The notes beneath the pieces are model-generated. The model saw only the letters and a list, made by a program, of their open reading frames with translations. It ran no database searches and was not told the origin of the DNA. DNA of 64,000 bases, from the IMG/VR virus record IMGVR_UViG_3300032360_000001, positions 25,346 through 89,345 of that record; one strand, given 5' to 3'. This document shows, piece after piece, positions 36,001 to 44,873 of this stretch. Position numbers and translations under genes: made by a program. Numbering within the stretch: the first letter of the stretch is position 1; each line of letters opens with the position of its first letter. The stretch comes from a virus.

Positions 36001-38270
36001 GGGTCTTGATATCCACTATTTGCATACCCAGAGTTGAACCAGAACATCATGCTGTCGCCACCAAATTGTCCTGTCGTGCCCGTATGGCCCGTGGCCCCGG
36101 TTGCGCCTGTGGCTTGTATATCTAATGGGCCTATATTCCCCGGAAGGTCGGTAAGAAAATAGACCCCAGTTCCAAACCCGCTTACTCCCGTAATAGATAT
36201 GCCCGTCGCGCCTGTGACCCCCGTTGCTCCAACTGGTCCCGGATGTCCCGGTGCTCCGCTAGCTGCTGGCGCAAAACTTACGGACACTTCTTCAAGGTTC
36301 GTAAAGGAATCGCTATGAGCTATATAGTGAACATTAAGTTGTTTAGCGCCGCCCAAGTCGGTGTTGTCTGTTGCTATTCTAAATATGGCCCATTTTTCCG
36401 CAGTGCTTGTGTCAAAAATTTTGAATCTTGAGCCTGTTACGTGGTCGAAAGAACTAATCCAGTCGATTACTGAATCTCCTCCCCTTTCCAGATTGTCAAT
36501 AATAACCTTCTGGACGTTTGGATAAGTTGTAGTATCAAACCTTATGTTCCCATTTCCGGGATCGGCAACACTCGTGTCAGTGCTCCAATTAAAATTAAAA
36601 GTATCTCCGCCAACAAAGCCTTGGATTCCTTGGTCTCCTTGAATCCCTTGAGACCCCTGAATGCCTTGGACCCCTTGAGGACCTGTGCTTCCCAGACCTC
36701 CCGGCATTCCAGAGATTCCCGTAGTTCCTTGTATGTTTATTGGCCCTAGAACGCCTCCTCCGGAGACAAAGAAGCTTGTCCCTGTCCCACTGCCACTTAC
36801 GCCTGTAATGTGCGGCCCTATGGGTCCTACGGCCCCCGTGGCCCCCGTGGCCCCGCTTGGTCCTTGGATTCCCTGAATTCCTTGGTCACCTTGGTCGCCT
36901 TTGTCGCCTTTGTCGCCTTGGGCCCCTTGGGGACCTGTGCTTCCTAGACCTCCCGGCATTCCAGAGATTCCAGATAAGCCAGATAAGCCAGATGGGCCCT
37001 GTATATTTATTGGGCCAAGAGTTCCGCCGCCAGATAATAAAAAGCTTACCCCTGTTCCGCTCCCGCTTATGCCGGTGATTCCAATACCACTAGTTCCGGC
37101 GGCTCCTTGATCTCCCTGATCACCTTGAGCGCCCCCCGGCCCTGTCGGTCCAGTATCCCCTTTCGGCCCTTGCGCTGCTGGCGCAAAAGTCATTGCCACT
37201 TCTTCGTCTGCGACAAAAAGATCGCTATGGCCTATATAAGTGACATTAATTTGAGTATAACCGACCTTCGCGGTGTTGTCTGAAACCACCTTGAAAACCG
37301 CCCACTTCTCTGCGTCGCTGGAAGAAAAAACTTTTACTCTTGATTGATAAACGTCATCTAAGGAATTGACCCAGTCAGATATTGAGTCTCCACCCTTTTC
37401 TAAATCATCGACGTATATTTCGGTTGTGCTTGTGGGGCTAGAATTCCCAAATTTTAAATATCCATTTCCGGGGTCTGCATCTATTGTATCCGTACTAAAA
37501 TAGAACTGAAAAGTGTCTCCACCGACGAGACCTTGATCTCCTTGACTGCCTTGTGGTCCCGTTGGTCCCGTACCCCCGGCGTCGCCTTGTGGCCCCGTGT
37601 CGCCTTTTAACCCTGATATCCCACTAACGCCTGTTGCACCGCTTGGTCCTTGTATGTTTATTGGCCCGAGGATGCCTCCTCCGGAGACAAAGAAGCTTGT
37701 CCCTGTCCCACTGCCACTTACGCCTGTAATGTGCGGTCCTATGGGTCCTAAAGCCCCTACAGCCCCCGTGACCCCCGTGGCCCCGCTTGGACCCTGAATA
37801 CCTTGGTCGCCTTGGTCGCCTTGGTCACCCTGAACGCCTTGAATGCCCTGTTCCCCCTGCATTCCAGAAATACCCGAAATGCCAGTAGCCCCAGAAGGGC
37901 CCTGAATGCCCTGCATTCCAGAAATACCCGAGGCTCCTGTAGCTCCACTCGGACCCTGAATGCCTTGGTCGCCTTGGTCACCCTGAGAGCCTTGTTCTCC
38001 TTGCATCCCAGAAATACCAGAGACTCCAGTCGCTCCACTTGGACCAACTGGGCCAGTGCCAGACAGGCCTGATATACCCTGCATACCAGATATGCCAGAT
38101 GGTCCCGGAGGACCTTGAGGACCAACCATGATAACCTGCGCTTGATCAACCTTGGCGCTGGTTACCGTAGCAGAAGATGAAGATTGCTCTATGGAAGCGC
38201 CTATAGAAGTTGCAGCTTCTACACTTGCACTTGTCTGCGTAAGCTGTACGGATACTTCCTTTTGAGCCAT
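33018..38270 (-). CDS. Collagen-like long tail fibre, 1750 aa
   Basis: Many Gly-X-Y runs alternate with five related globular repeats starting GG[D/Y][T/S]. Confidence 0.9.
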   Translation of the reverse strand: MAQKEVSVQLTQTSASVEAATSIGASIEQSSSSATVTSAKVDQAQVIMVGPQGPPGPSGISGMQGISGLSGTGPVGPSGATGVSGISGMQGEQGSQGDQGDQGIQGPSGATGASGISGMQGIQGPSGATGISGISGMQGEQGIQGVQGDQGDQGDQGIQGPSGATGVTGAVGALGPIGPHITGVSGSGTGTSFFVSGGGILGPINIQGPSGATGVSGISGLKGDTGPQGDAGGTGPTGPQGSQGDQGLVGGDTFQFYFSTDTIDADPGNGYLKFGNSSPTSTTEIYVDDLEKGGDSISDWVNSLDDVYQSRVKVFSSSDAEKWAVFKVVSDNTAKVGYTQINVTYIGHSDLFVADEEVAMTFAPAAQGPKGDTGPTGPGGAQGDQGDQGAAGTSGIGITGISGSGTGVSFLLSGGGTLGPINIQGPSGLSGLSGISGMPGGLGSTGPQGAQGDKGDKGDQGDQGIQGIQGPSGATGATGAVGPIGPHITGVSGSGTGTSFFVSGGGVLGPINIQGTTGISGMPGGLGSTGPQGVQGIQGSQGIQGDQGIQGFVGGDTFNFNWSTDTSVADPGNGNIRFDTTTYPNVQKVIIDNLERGGDSVIDWISSFDHVTGSRFKIFDTSTAEKWAIFRIATDNTDLGGAKQLNVHYIAHSDSFTNLEEVSVSFAPAASGAPGHPGPVGATGVTGATGISITGVSGFGTGVYFLTDLPGNIGPLDIQATGATGATGHTGTTGQFGGDSMMFWFNSGYANSGYQDPGSGYLGFAQAPHNRALPSGIDYLKVSGIHVDDQQIDMIDISGWVQSFDDDADGDIKGRLRIYSATGSSQFVVYKITGSIVHHSGDPFQTGNNITGYNIIPVTGVSSGMAYTGYTGAFFSGEPVIMSYAQVGPQGPQGIQGPAGADSTVAGPTGATGATGAAGQGTGDFGGDSFSFYYNSGYTAAHWADGPGDSGFKLFASAIPPDTTGIDVSYFNHRGGAVSGWLLDFGSYGDETNRGILKIFTRDKVNENWMSFTITGNPTVRYNMPKTSAPWVNIGASWRTSSEENFPFTHSGETVISFVPAGPTGQVGSIGATGVTGATGAGITGATGATGDFGGYSFSFYFNSGYSEALWSEGPGTSGLKLVTPNDDMRDTSGIDISHTNYRGGDASQWLDDFGNYGDVANRGILKLFHRDKVNVNWAAFLITGEPAYHGYHHSVGVTWKSSSSNTVRDVDGGVFTHSGETVVSFVPAGPSGGSGAAGEGGGGGAGAPATGYTGAFQFHGGDIVLSLEGDRLGPGSLSGSNALWQGLAYEAVCGCFTRSNSIGVGEFFGMEVGSTQAWELLTGMSGTLDVRGDIYSSGSLIPHQSGAYSLGDKGEEGFEPGNFENGKWWFEVLADYGYINNLETRGIHVTGALGHPPAKISVGTYDPMTFEGGNGIITSPTGYYDTLGSWSDYMGSPAVDTSFHGIFLHENCMHFSPQWDGGADLGTPDLYWNSLYLNNNSLVMSGVGMSGAVHIGFDNDHNLRISAPKTGNEVTLSGTPVTGYSPNTLADLRLSGDSASEATTLRATSEGEISISTESEEGGQTTLSNAKVTSPVLQTTLFSGQSGTLVSGLSITDDAGETIFDVHDAGSSVGDLTFCGQVNQCVEDLGEFKSTGWAPDPYAIGAGGSSFNINMAGSNLKKFNLSYHAHGLNLVNIEAGRSITIQVTAVDAYSVGENYFRFLSGNNFSFIGIEPHTLEIGKVGMLTITAYGSTTGSCVCHWAESDYTL
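36727..36860. repeat. Internal direct repeat in the fibre gene, copy 1
   Basis: Near-identical to 37648-37790 (encodes GPHITGVSGSGTGTSFFVSGGGxLGPINIQG). Confidence 0.85.
37648..37790. repeat. Internal direct repeat in the fibre gene, copy 2
   Basis: Near-identical to 36727-36860. Confidence 0.85.
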
Positions 38271-38280
38271 TTATCGTTCC

Positions 38281-38667
38281 CTACTGTAGTGATATTGTCA
38301 CTTCTGGAACGACATTGAAATACCCCCTTACCACCTTTTCAGCTTCCCAATCGCCAGACGCAATAGGAACAGTCCTATATCTTTCGACATCATACACGCC
38401 TTGTACCACGGGCACGCCAGAGGTATCGGTTGGCCTGATGTAAACGTCAATAAACCCGCTTGCGCCAAGGGTGGCATCAGAGTCGTTTCCAGAAATTACC
38501 TTTGGATTTAGATTTAACAGTGTACCAGTGCTTCCATACCCCATTCGGGCAACACCCCTCGCTGAATATCCGCTTAAATTTACTGGATTTTCGTCTGAAT
38601 CTGTGACCTTAAATCTGAGATCTAAAGTGTCTCCCTGCACGAGGGTAATGTCATAAGTGGTAGCCAT
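38281..38667 (-). CDS. BppU-N-like fibre adaptor protein
   Basis: YDITLVQGDT...PVNLSGYSARG...GVYDVE...VVRGYFNVVPEVT; directly precedes the fibre gene. Confidence 0.7.
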   Translation of the reverse strand: MATTYDITLVQGDTLDLRFKVTDSDENPVNLSGYSARGVARMGYGSTGTLLNLNPKVISGNDSDATLGASGFIDVYIRPTDTSGVPVVQGVYDVERYRTVPIASGDWEAEKVVRGYFNVVPEVTISLQ

Positions 38668-38718
38668 GGTTCGTCACTATTATTTATAATAGAAGAAATC
38701 GAAACCTTATCCAAAAGA

Positions 38719-39144
38719 TTATCTACCTTCTTTTAAAATATCCCACACTTTTTTGGGGATTTTACTCATTTCTTCTTCCTTAGTTGGCGTAGAAGATCCG
38801 ACATTTGGCTTTCTGTAGACGTTTACATGTCTATTGAATTCTTTCACAAGTCTTCTCTCCAGCATATCTCTGCTATCAATGGGAATTATACCCACTTCTG
38901 CTGCGTGTGCGTGGAGGTCTGTGAGAGAAAACTCGTCTAATTCTCTTTGATACTCCTCTTCGTCTAGCGTACCGTATTTATCATTTCCCGTATCCCCCCA
39001 AATTTGATCTAGCGTCGTGGGTTGGAATTCTGGCTCTTCTGTCTTCCCATGGGTTTGGGATAATTCAGAAGTTTTACGGGGTTTTTTTTGCGTTTTTGCC
39101 TTAGAAGCCTTAGGTTTTTCCGTGTTATTTTTTTTCCTTTTCAT
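38719..39144 (-). CDS. Hypothetical protein
   Basis: 141 aa after the capsid gene; GTGTAA upstream. Confidence 0.75.
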   Translation of the reverse strand: MKRKKNNTEKPKASKAKTQKKPRKTSELSQTHGKTEEPEFQPTTLDQIWGDTGNDKYGTLDEEEYQRELDEFSLTDLHAHAAEVGIIPIDSRDMLERRLVKEFNRHVNVYRKPNVGSSTPTKEEEMSKIPKKVWDILKEGR

Positions 39145-39171
39145 ACCTTTTTCCTTACCTAGGGTTACACG

Positions 39172-39204
39172 AAAAAAGACCCGGAGGGAATCCCTCCGGG
39201 CCTT
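39172..39204 (-). terminator. Intrinsic terminator after the major capsid gene
   Basis: GGCCCGGAGGG-ATT-CCCTCCGGGTC followed by T6. Confidence 0.88.
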
Positions 39205-39221
39205 AAATCTATTCCGAACAA

Positions 39222-40400
39222 TTAGCCCAGAATCAGTCCAACGACTGCGCGTCCATCCAAGCAGAGTCTGCCTTCCTCAAGGAAGCCATACCAGCCTGTT
39301 TTGTCAGCACGAGTGGCGTAGAATTGGTCATCGGGCAATGCCGCGAAGGTTCCACCACTTTCAGCTTGACGAGCAACTGGACGAACAAACGACTCGCGAC
39401 TCAGGTCCAACCCAACAAGAACTTGATGGGAGGCTGTTGCGAAGTTGGAAATGCTGTTCGTGGAACCATCAAGGTTCGTTGCAGCAGAGCCAACACTGTC
39501 GAAGAACGTCTCGAATAGCGCGTTGTATCTTTCGCTAAGACCGAGCTCAATGAGCTCATGCAGCGCCACGCCGTAGATCTCAGACATTCCGGCGGAGTTC
39601 CAGACTCCCATCCGTGCCGCGTCGGGCAAGTTCTGAGCGTTTGTGGCTGTTGCCGAACCGTCAGTGCGAATTGCGTTGAACGCAAAAGCGCGAACTTGAG
39701 CCATTACTTCTGGACTCATCCAAAGGTCAGTAAGACCTCTGCCGATCAGACCAGCGGGAGTACCGCCAGCAAAACCAACATTGATTCTCTTAACTCTGGT
39801 AAGCAGATCGTTAAGGTCAGTCAGTCTGAACTCAGCGGTTGCACCAGTGTTTCTCGAAGTCAACACGTGACGTAGAGAACCACCTGTTCCAGCAGCAACA
39901 GAGCGGCCATTCTTCGTGGCTCCCTCCGCGAGGGCCTTCATGATCACTGACCATGCGTTGCGCTCTTGCTTAATGAGTACCTCTTGCGCCATGCGCTCAA
40001 TAGCCTTCGCCACAACGTCCAGACGCGCTTTGCGCGCATAACGTTTGTGAAGGTGAACGGCACTGTCAAGACGGTAAGTCATGAGCTTTAACTCTTGGAT
40101 CGGAACCATCGCGTTGGATGACGGAAGACCGCCAGCAACGTCTTGGGACCAAACGCTGATAAAGCCCTTGTCCGTATTGTAATATAGGTCAAGTGGGTAG
40201 CTCGGATGATCGTCTTCGTCGAATACGGTATCAGTATAAATGGCGCTAGACGTTCCAGCCTCATTCAAAACCTTACTCACGACGGGACCGATAAATGCAG
40301 CAAAAGCTTCGTTGGCTTCTTGAGAAATCGCAGGATTTCTAGAGCCAAGCGCTCTTACGAGCTCTACTTGTTCCGGTGTTTCTTTTAATTTAAGCTTCAT
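39222..40400 (-). CDS. Major capsid protein
   Basis: 392 aa in the order protease-decoration-MCP-terminator. HK97-like backbone helix (DVVAKAIERMAQEVLIKQE) and C-terminal GWYGFLEEGRLCLDGRAV. Confidence 0.85.
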   Translation of the reverse strand: MKLKLKETPEQVELVRALGSRNPAISQEANEAFAAFIGPVVSKVLNEAGTSSAIYTDTVFDEDDHPSYPLDLYYNTDKGFISVWSQDVAGGLPSSNAMVPIQELKLMTYRLDSAVHLHKRYARKARLDVVAKAIERMAQEVLIKQERNAWSVIMKALAEGATKNGRSVAAGTGGSLRHVLTSRNTGATAEFRLTDLNDLLTRVKRINVGFAGGTPAGLIGRGLTDLWMSPEVMAQVRAFAFNAIRTDGSATATNAQNLPDAARMGVWNSAGMSEIYGVALHELIELGLSERYNALFETFFDSVGSAATNLDGSTNSISNFATASHQVLVGLDLSRESFVRPVARQAESGGTFAALPDDQFYATRADKTGWYGFLEEGRLCLDGRAVVGLILG

Positions 40401-40425
40401 AGTAAATTTCCTCTCTTATTTAATA

Positions 40426-40989
40426 TTAAAGTTCCAGTTTGATCAGGAGGTAACCATCGACGTCACTGACACCGAGTGATTTGCCAACTAAATGGTTAGC
40501 GCTGTCCTGATTTAGCGTTGTGATCTCGCCATCGTCAGCAGTATAGAGCTTGGTGTTGGCGTATGCAACCGTTCCGATTGTGTCTCCAGTATATAGGAAT
40601 ACTCCTCTGGTTACCACAGGGACGGTTTGTCCGCTGATCACCACTTCCATTTCAGCCGCCTTGCGGGGGTTGAACTTCAGTAATTCTCCGTTTTCATCGA
40701 CCTCTTGAATGTCGTGCAGCATCATGCCTAGGGCAACGTTACCGCTTGACGCAAGGGCCACCTTTGCTACTGTTCCGTATCTCTGCGAAACAGTGCCGTC
40801 GTAGGAAGCTCCGGGGCTTCCGAGCATTTCGACAGGTTCGGATGTATTATCCCATCCCTGTACTACTTTAACAATTGATCCACGAGGGATTTTGTCACCC
40901 GCACTTACGCCAATAGCACCGCTATAGGCGTAAAGGTTGATAACATCATGCTCATCGTAAATTCTAAATGGTTTTAGATTAATAGCCAT
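40426..40989 (-). CDS. Capsid decoration/cement protein
   Basis: 187 aa directly upstream of the MCP; beta-tulip-like (VPVVTRG...LYTADDG...VGKSLG). Confidence 0.7.
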   Translation of the reverse strand: MAINLKPFRIYDEHDVINLYAYSGAIGVSAGDKIPRGSIVKVVQGWDNTSEPVEMLGSPGASYDGTVSQRYGTVAKVALASSGNVALGMMLHDIQEVDENGELLKFNPRKAAEMEVVISGQTVPVVTRGVFLYTGDTIGTVAYANTKLYTADDGEITTLNQDSANHLVGKSLGVSDVDGYLLIKLEL

Positions 40990-41025
40990 AATTTATTTCT
41001 CCTTTTTTCTTAATGTAAAATTTAA

Positions 41026-42561
41026 TTATTCTTTCAATTCCCATTGGTCTACGTCAAAAGCTCTTCTGAACTTGTCGTGTACAGTGGGTTCTTCGGCTGG
41101 TGTAGAAACTGGAACCGTAGACGCTTCCGCTTCAGCATTTTCCAAAGCCTCCGTAACAGCTTCCTCGGTTTCCTCGGACTCTTGTTTCGCGTTGGTTTCG
41201 GAAGTCTCAGCTTCCTTTTCAACGGGGGTTTTGGTCTCTGCTGCCACGGCAACTTCTTGCGCTTCGGCCTCTTCAGCCAGCAACTCTTTATTTTTGTGAC
41301 GAATAAGGGTGGACATTTTCTTTTGGTATGTCTCAAACCCGTCATCATCCAAATCCTTTACGTCTGACGCGATAACTTCTCGATCTTCATCGTTAAGCTC
41401 GTAGACGTCGTCCATGTGGGCCATACGTTGGTTAAACTTCTCTTCGGCCTCCTTTGCCTCTTTCTCGTCAACGAGTTTGGCAATTTCGGTCTTGAGGGTA
41501 TTAAGCTCCTCGTGGGTGTTCTTCTCTGCTTTCTCGATTTTGTCATTGGCCTCTTTGGCTGCCTTTAGCGACTCGTTAAGTTCGGTTTTTTCGGCCTCAT
41601 ACTTGTCGACAGACTCTTGGAGTTCCGTTTTGATAAAATCCGTGATAGCAGAAGCGGAAACTTCCTGTAGGCTCTCATCAGTGATATCTTTCAAACTGTT
41701 TATTTTCATAGCTAGTCTCTTTTCTTTGATTACATTGTTTATATTGGTTTGTGAAATATTTTCTTTATTTTTGGTTTCTGGGTTAATCTGCTTGTTTTTA
41801 GCAAGATTCTCCTTTGCTTCCTCTTTTTTGACGAAGACGCCTTTCACATCCGCTGCCGGAGTTTCCGTAAGTCCTATCCCAAGGGGAATGACCGTGTTGA
41901 TTACTTTGCGGTAAATAAATTTACCATCATCAAGTTCTCCTGATCCGCCAAAAATTTTTAAATTTTCTTTCAATGATTCTATCTGTTCCGGGTCGTCAAT
42001 GACAACCGCGTTTTCGATATTCTTTTCTTCTCCTGCTAGAACCAATAAGTTGTAGTCTGTGAAACCCAACTCCCAACTCGCTGAAATTTTCATGAAGTGT
42101 TCGCTTGTTGGATCGTTTGATTCTTCTATGATATCAGATAAGTCGTTATTTACTACTTTCCACACTATTCCGCCGAGGGTAATGTTAAATGGCTCATTTC
42201 CGCTTGCCACCTTATCCTTATCTACTAGAGCATCCGTTCCGAACTCGCTGAACCCAGCGGTAAGGATGGTACCTATTACTCTTTGTCTGTTATGTTCAAT
42301 ATTTATAGGTTTGTTAATGAACGATTCAAAAATTTCTACAGCCGTTTTCGTGTCAATGACGTCCCCATTCCTATTAACCCTATTGGCTACGCAAGCATTG
42401 AAAGCGATGGGAAGGAGGTCGATGTTTTTGGAGGTATCAATTTCCGGGATGAAATTCGACACGTCTAACGTGCTCGCCATAGCAAGGTACTTGTCCTTCT
42501 CTTCTGATACTAAGGGTCTTATGACCGAGCTAAATATTGTGGTGTGTTCGAATTTTTTCAT
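41026..42561 (-). CDS. Prohead protease fused to a scaffold domain
   Basis: N-terminal NRNGD...PINIEH...SASWE...GIGLTETPA; acidic coiled-coil C-terminal half. Confidence 0.8.
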   Translation of the reverse strand: MKKFEHTTIFSSVIRPLVSEEKDKYLAMASTLDVSNFIPEIDTSKNIDLLPIAFNACVANRVNRNGDVIDTKTAVEIFESFINKPINIEHNRQRVIGTILTAGFSEFGTDALVDKDKVASGNEPFNITLGGIVWKVVNNDLSDIIEESNDPTSEHFMKISASWELGFTDYNLLVLAGEEKNIENAVVIDDPEQIESLKENLKIFGGSGELDDGKFIYRKVINTVIPLGIGLTETPAADVKGVFVKKEEAKENLAKNKQINPETKNKENISQTNINNVIKEKRLAMKINSLKDITDESLQEVSASAITDFIKTELQESVDKYEAEKTELNESLKAAKEANDKIEKAEKNTHEELNTLKTEIAKLVDEKEAKEAEEKFNQRMAHMDDVYELNDEDREVIASDVKDLDDDGFETYQKKMSTLIRHKNKELLAEEAEAQEVAVAAETKTPVEKEAETSETNAKQESEETEEAVTEALENAEAEASTVPVSTPAEEPTVHDKFRRAFDVDQWELKE

Positions 42562-42565
42562 TGGC

Positions 42566-42916
42566 TTATGATTGTAAATAATAAGTTACTAAAATAGAAT
42601 AATTGGTGTTCGAATTATTCAGTTTCATTTTCAATGCGTTTCCGGCTGTTAACTTAAGTGGGCCAGACAGGTTCACTGAGGCTACCCCACCCGCCGCTAC
42701 GTATAAGTCTGCAATCTCTGTTGAGTCATCCTGAACGGTTACCGTTCCTGCTGTTCCCTTGCTTACAACGATATCCGTTATTACAATTGAATCAGTACTT
42801 ACCGAAGGGGCCGCAATCACTGCCGCTGCTGTGCTGATGTCTGACCCTTTCTTATATGCATAACTCAGCCCCGCTGCAATGCCGTCATGCTTAAAATCGC
42901 TTTCTTTTCTTGCCAT
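42566..42916 (-). CDS. Small beta-rich putative virion protein
   Basis: 116 aa with an RBS-like GAGG and a GTGTAT motif upstream. Confidence 0.65.
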   Translation of the reverse strand: MARKESDFKHDGIAAGLSYAYKKGSDISTAAAVIAAPSVSTDSIVITDIVVSKGTAGTVTVQDDSTEIADLYVAAGGVASVNLSGPLKLTAGNALKMKLNNSNTNYSILVTYYLQS

Positions 42917-42936
42917 AATAAAATATCCTCTTCTTA

Positions 42937-43458
42937 TTAATACACCTTATTAATTGGTGAATACTCTTCTAAATACAGATCTTCTAGGTTATTAAAGCTC
43001 ACTCTCATGTTATATTTCTCAATGTCTTGGTCTGCTTTTTCGAAATTTGGCTCCTCTGCCTTCTCTAAAAAAGCATTAACATTAGCCATCCCCCATTGGT
43101 TGCATGTTTTTTTTGAACCTTTTGGGCGTAAATTGACACCCTGCCTGTATGCTTCTTTTATTTTTGAAAATTGAGCTTTTGTGTTAAATTCGGAGTTGTG
43201 ATCTTTCTGTTTTTTTCTTAAAACCCCAATTATCTTACTAGAATAATCTATAGCCTCTTCTTGAGATAAAGCAGCTTGAGCTTTCTTCTTGGCGGGGGCG
43301 GGTATACATTTTCCGCCCTTCTCTACGTACCCTTTGTTGCAATTGGGTGGATAGCCAGCCTTTTCGTCAGCCTCCACAAGAGGAACCTCGTTTACCTTTT
43401 CCCAGAGATTAGAGTATAACTCTTTCTTCTTTTTGGTGATAAAAAGTTTTTCTTTCAT
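42937..43458 (-). CDS. Hypothetical head-region protein
   Basis: 173 aa; short Cys pair (CNKGYVEKGGKC) and KEAYRQG...QWGMANVNAFL segment. Confidence 0.7.
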   Translation of the reverse strand: MKEKLFITKKKKELYSNLWEKVNEVPLVEADEKAGYPPNCNKGYVEKGGKCIPAPAKKKAQAALSQEEAIDYSSKIIGVLRKKQKDHNSEFNTKAQFSKIKEAYRQGVNLRPKGSKKTCNQWGMANVNAFLEKAEEPNFEKADQDIEKYNMRVSFNNLEDLYLEEYSPINKVY

Positions 43459-43522
43459 TTTAGCGCAACGTGAATTCAGACCCGTTAGAACATATTACAC
43501 AAAAATGATTAGATATTAAAAA

Positions 43523-44017
43523 TTATATTTTTTTTAAGAGCAATATTTTGCTTATCTTGGTGTACCTTCCGAAAAAGTTATCTATGTTTACATCTATCGG
43601 AAAGCAAAGCCAATGTGCGTCAAGAATCTCCCCCCATACAAGAACGAGTGCTACGTCCTTCTTTGGGTCAAGCTCATTTAGCTTATCAGCAGCTATTACT
43701 TTGTAGCCATATTTTTTGCATACGGTTTTTATTTCGCTAGGGAGAGTTATCTGTAGTGCGCCGTGGTGAAGCATGGAAAGAAGAAGCCTCGTGCCGTTTC
43801 CGGTGTCTTGTATATCTCTACTTATCTGAATTCTATTTATGGGATTCTCTAAGGCTTCGAAAGCCTTTTCTAAAGCGATGGGGCCACAAGCATTGAAGTG
43901 CGATATATAATATCCTAGTTCGTCTTTCTTGGTTCTGTCTGGATGAAATATAGCGCAGCTTACATTCAATAAGCATATTGCTATTACCCAAAGTATAGTT
44001 CTTCTTAGTTTTACCAT
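43523..44017 (-). CDS. Putative lipoprotein with a C39/papain-like peptidase domain
   Basis: From ATG 44017: signal-like MVKLRRTILWVIAICLLNVSC, then ACGPIAL (Cys) and AHW (His). Confidence 0.6.
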   Translation of the reverse strand: MVKLRRTILWVIAICLLNVSCAIFHPDRTKKDELGYYISHFNACGPIALEKAFEALENPINRIQISRDIQDTGNGTRLLLSMLHHGALQITLPSEIKTVCKKYGYKVIAADKLNELDPKKDVALVLVWGEILDAHWLCFPIDVNIDNFFGRYTKISKILLLKKI

Positions 44018-44262
44018 AGTAAAAAAATTAAATTTAAACCGATGCTTACTCCCAGCGCTCCCGCCATAACCGCTAGCATGATTCTGGCGTCGCAAACTGT
44101 AGATTCATTTTTTTTCTTTGTAACGAGTTTTTTCTTTTGAGGGGATTTCTTCTCTGGGCGCGTAATCCACCAGTCTCCATTTTTAGTTTGGAAAGCGTAG
44201 GTGGTTTTTTCCTTGTCCCACCACCTGTAGGATCGAGATTTGTCGAGGATCGCAAGTTTCAT
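44011..44262 (-). CDS. Hypothetical membrane protein
   Basis: 83 aa with a C-terminal hydrophobic helix. Confidence 0.6.
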   Translation of the reverse strand: MKLAILDKSRSYRWWDKEKTTYAFQTKNGDWWITRPEKKSPQKKKLVTKKKNESTVCDARIMLAVMAGALGVSIGLNLIFLLW

Positions 44263-44272
44263 TACGATTCTC

Positions 44273-44743
44273 CTATATTAATTTGTCTGGGTCGATTGGC
44301 TCAGGTCGCTGTGGTGGTGCAATTTTCGGCGGCCATTCTTTTATACTCTTTAAATATTCTATTAGCTTTTGGACCATGGCTTTTTGAAATTCAAGTTCGG
44401 CGGAGAGGCTTTGAATAGCTTCGCCTGCCCTTTGTAAAGTGTTTTCCTGTTTGGTATTTAATTTTCTTAGGCTGTGATTTATTTCGCCTTGGAAATCAAT
44501 AAAGTCTCCTTGCTCTTTATTAATCTGCCTAGCTAAATTAAGATTCCCCTCGACGCCGATGACATCTTTTTGGATTTCTAAAAGGTTAATTGCGTAGTCG
44601 GCCTGATATTTTAGACCCAACCCTATAAAAAGAATCGCAGTAACTAATACTGCATATATAGATTTTATGTTATCGTTTAGGAAGTTTGATGTTCGTTTCA
44701 GGAGATTTCCAGCTTTCTCCCTTAGTATCTTTAGGGCTTTCAT
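44273..44743 (-). CDS. Membrane-anchored coiled-coil protein
   Basis: One transmembrane segment followed by a heptad region; GTGTAAATA upstream. Confidence 0.7.
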   Translation of the reverse strand: MKALKILREKAGNLLKRTSNFLNDNIKSIYAVLVTAILFIGLGLKYQADYAINLLEIQKDVIGVEGNLNLARQINKEQGDFIDFQGEINHSLRKLNTKQENTLQRAGEAIQSLSAELEFQKAMVQKLIEYLKSIKEWPPKIAPPQRPEPIDPDKLI

Positions 44744-44873
44744 CTTTTGTATTTACACAAATAAACCCAAAAATCATAACAAATAAACAAAGTATAAACA
44801 TCACAATGTAAAATTGAGGAGTTCGGTCTTCCGGAGGATATCTCTTCCAGCTACAACCATGTGGCTTTGGCAT
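44670..44873 (-). CDS. Small membrane protein
   Basis: One transmembrane segment; GTGTAA just upstream; overlaps the next gene. Confidence 0.45.
   Translation of the reverse strand: MPKPHGCSWKRYPPEDRTPQFYIVMFILCLFVMIFGFICVNTKDESPKDTKGESWKSPETNIKLPKR

Noticed and set aside
36727-37790. Repeat pair considered as a diversity-generating retroelement template/variable pair
   Set aside because: Both copies are in frame in the same gene, the differences are not adenine-specific, and there is no reverse transcriptase in the window.
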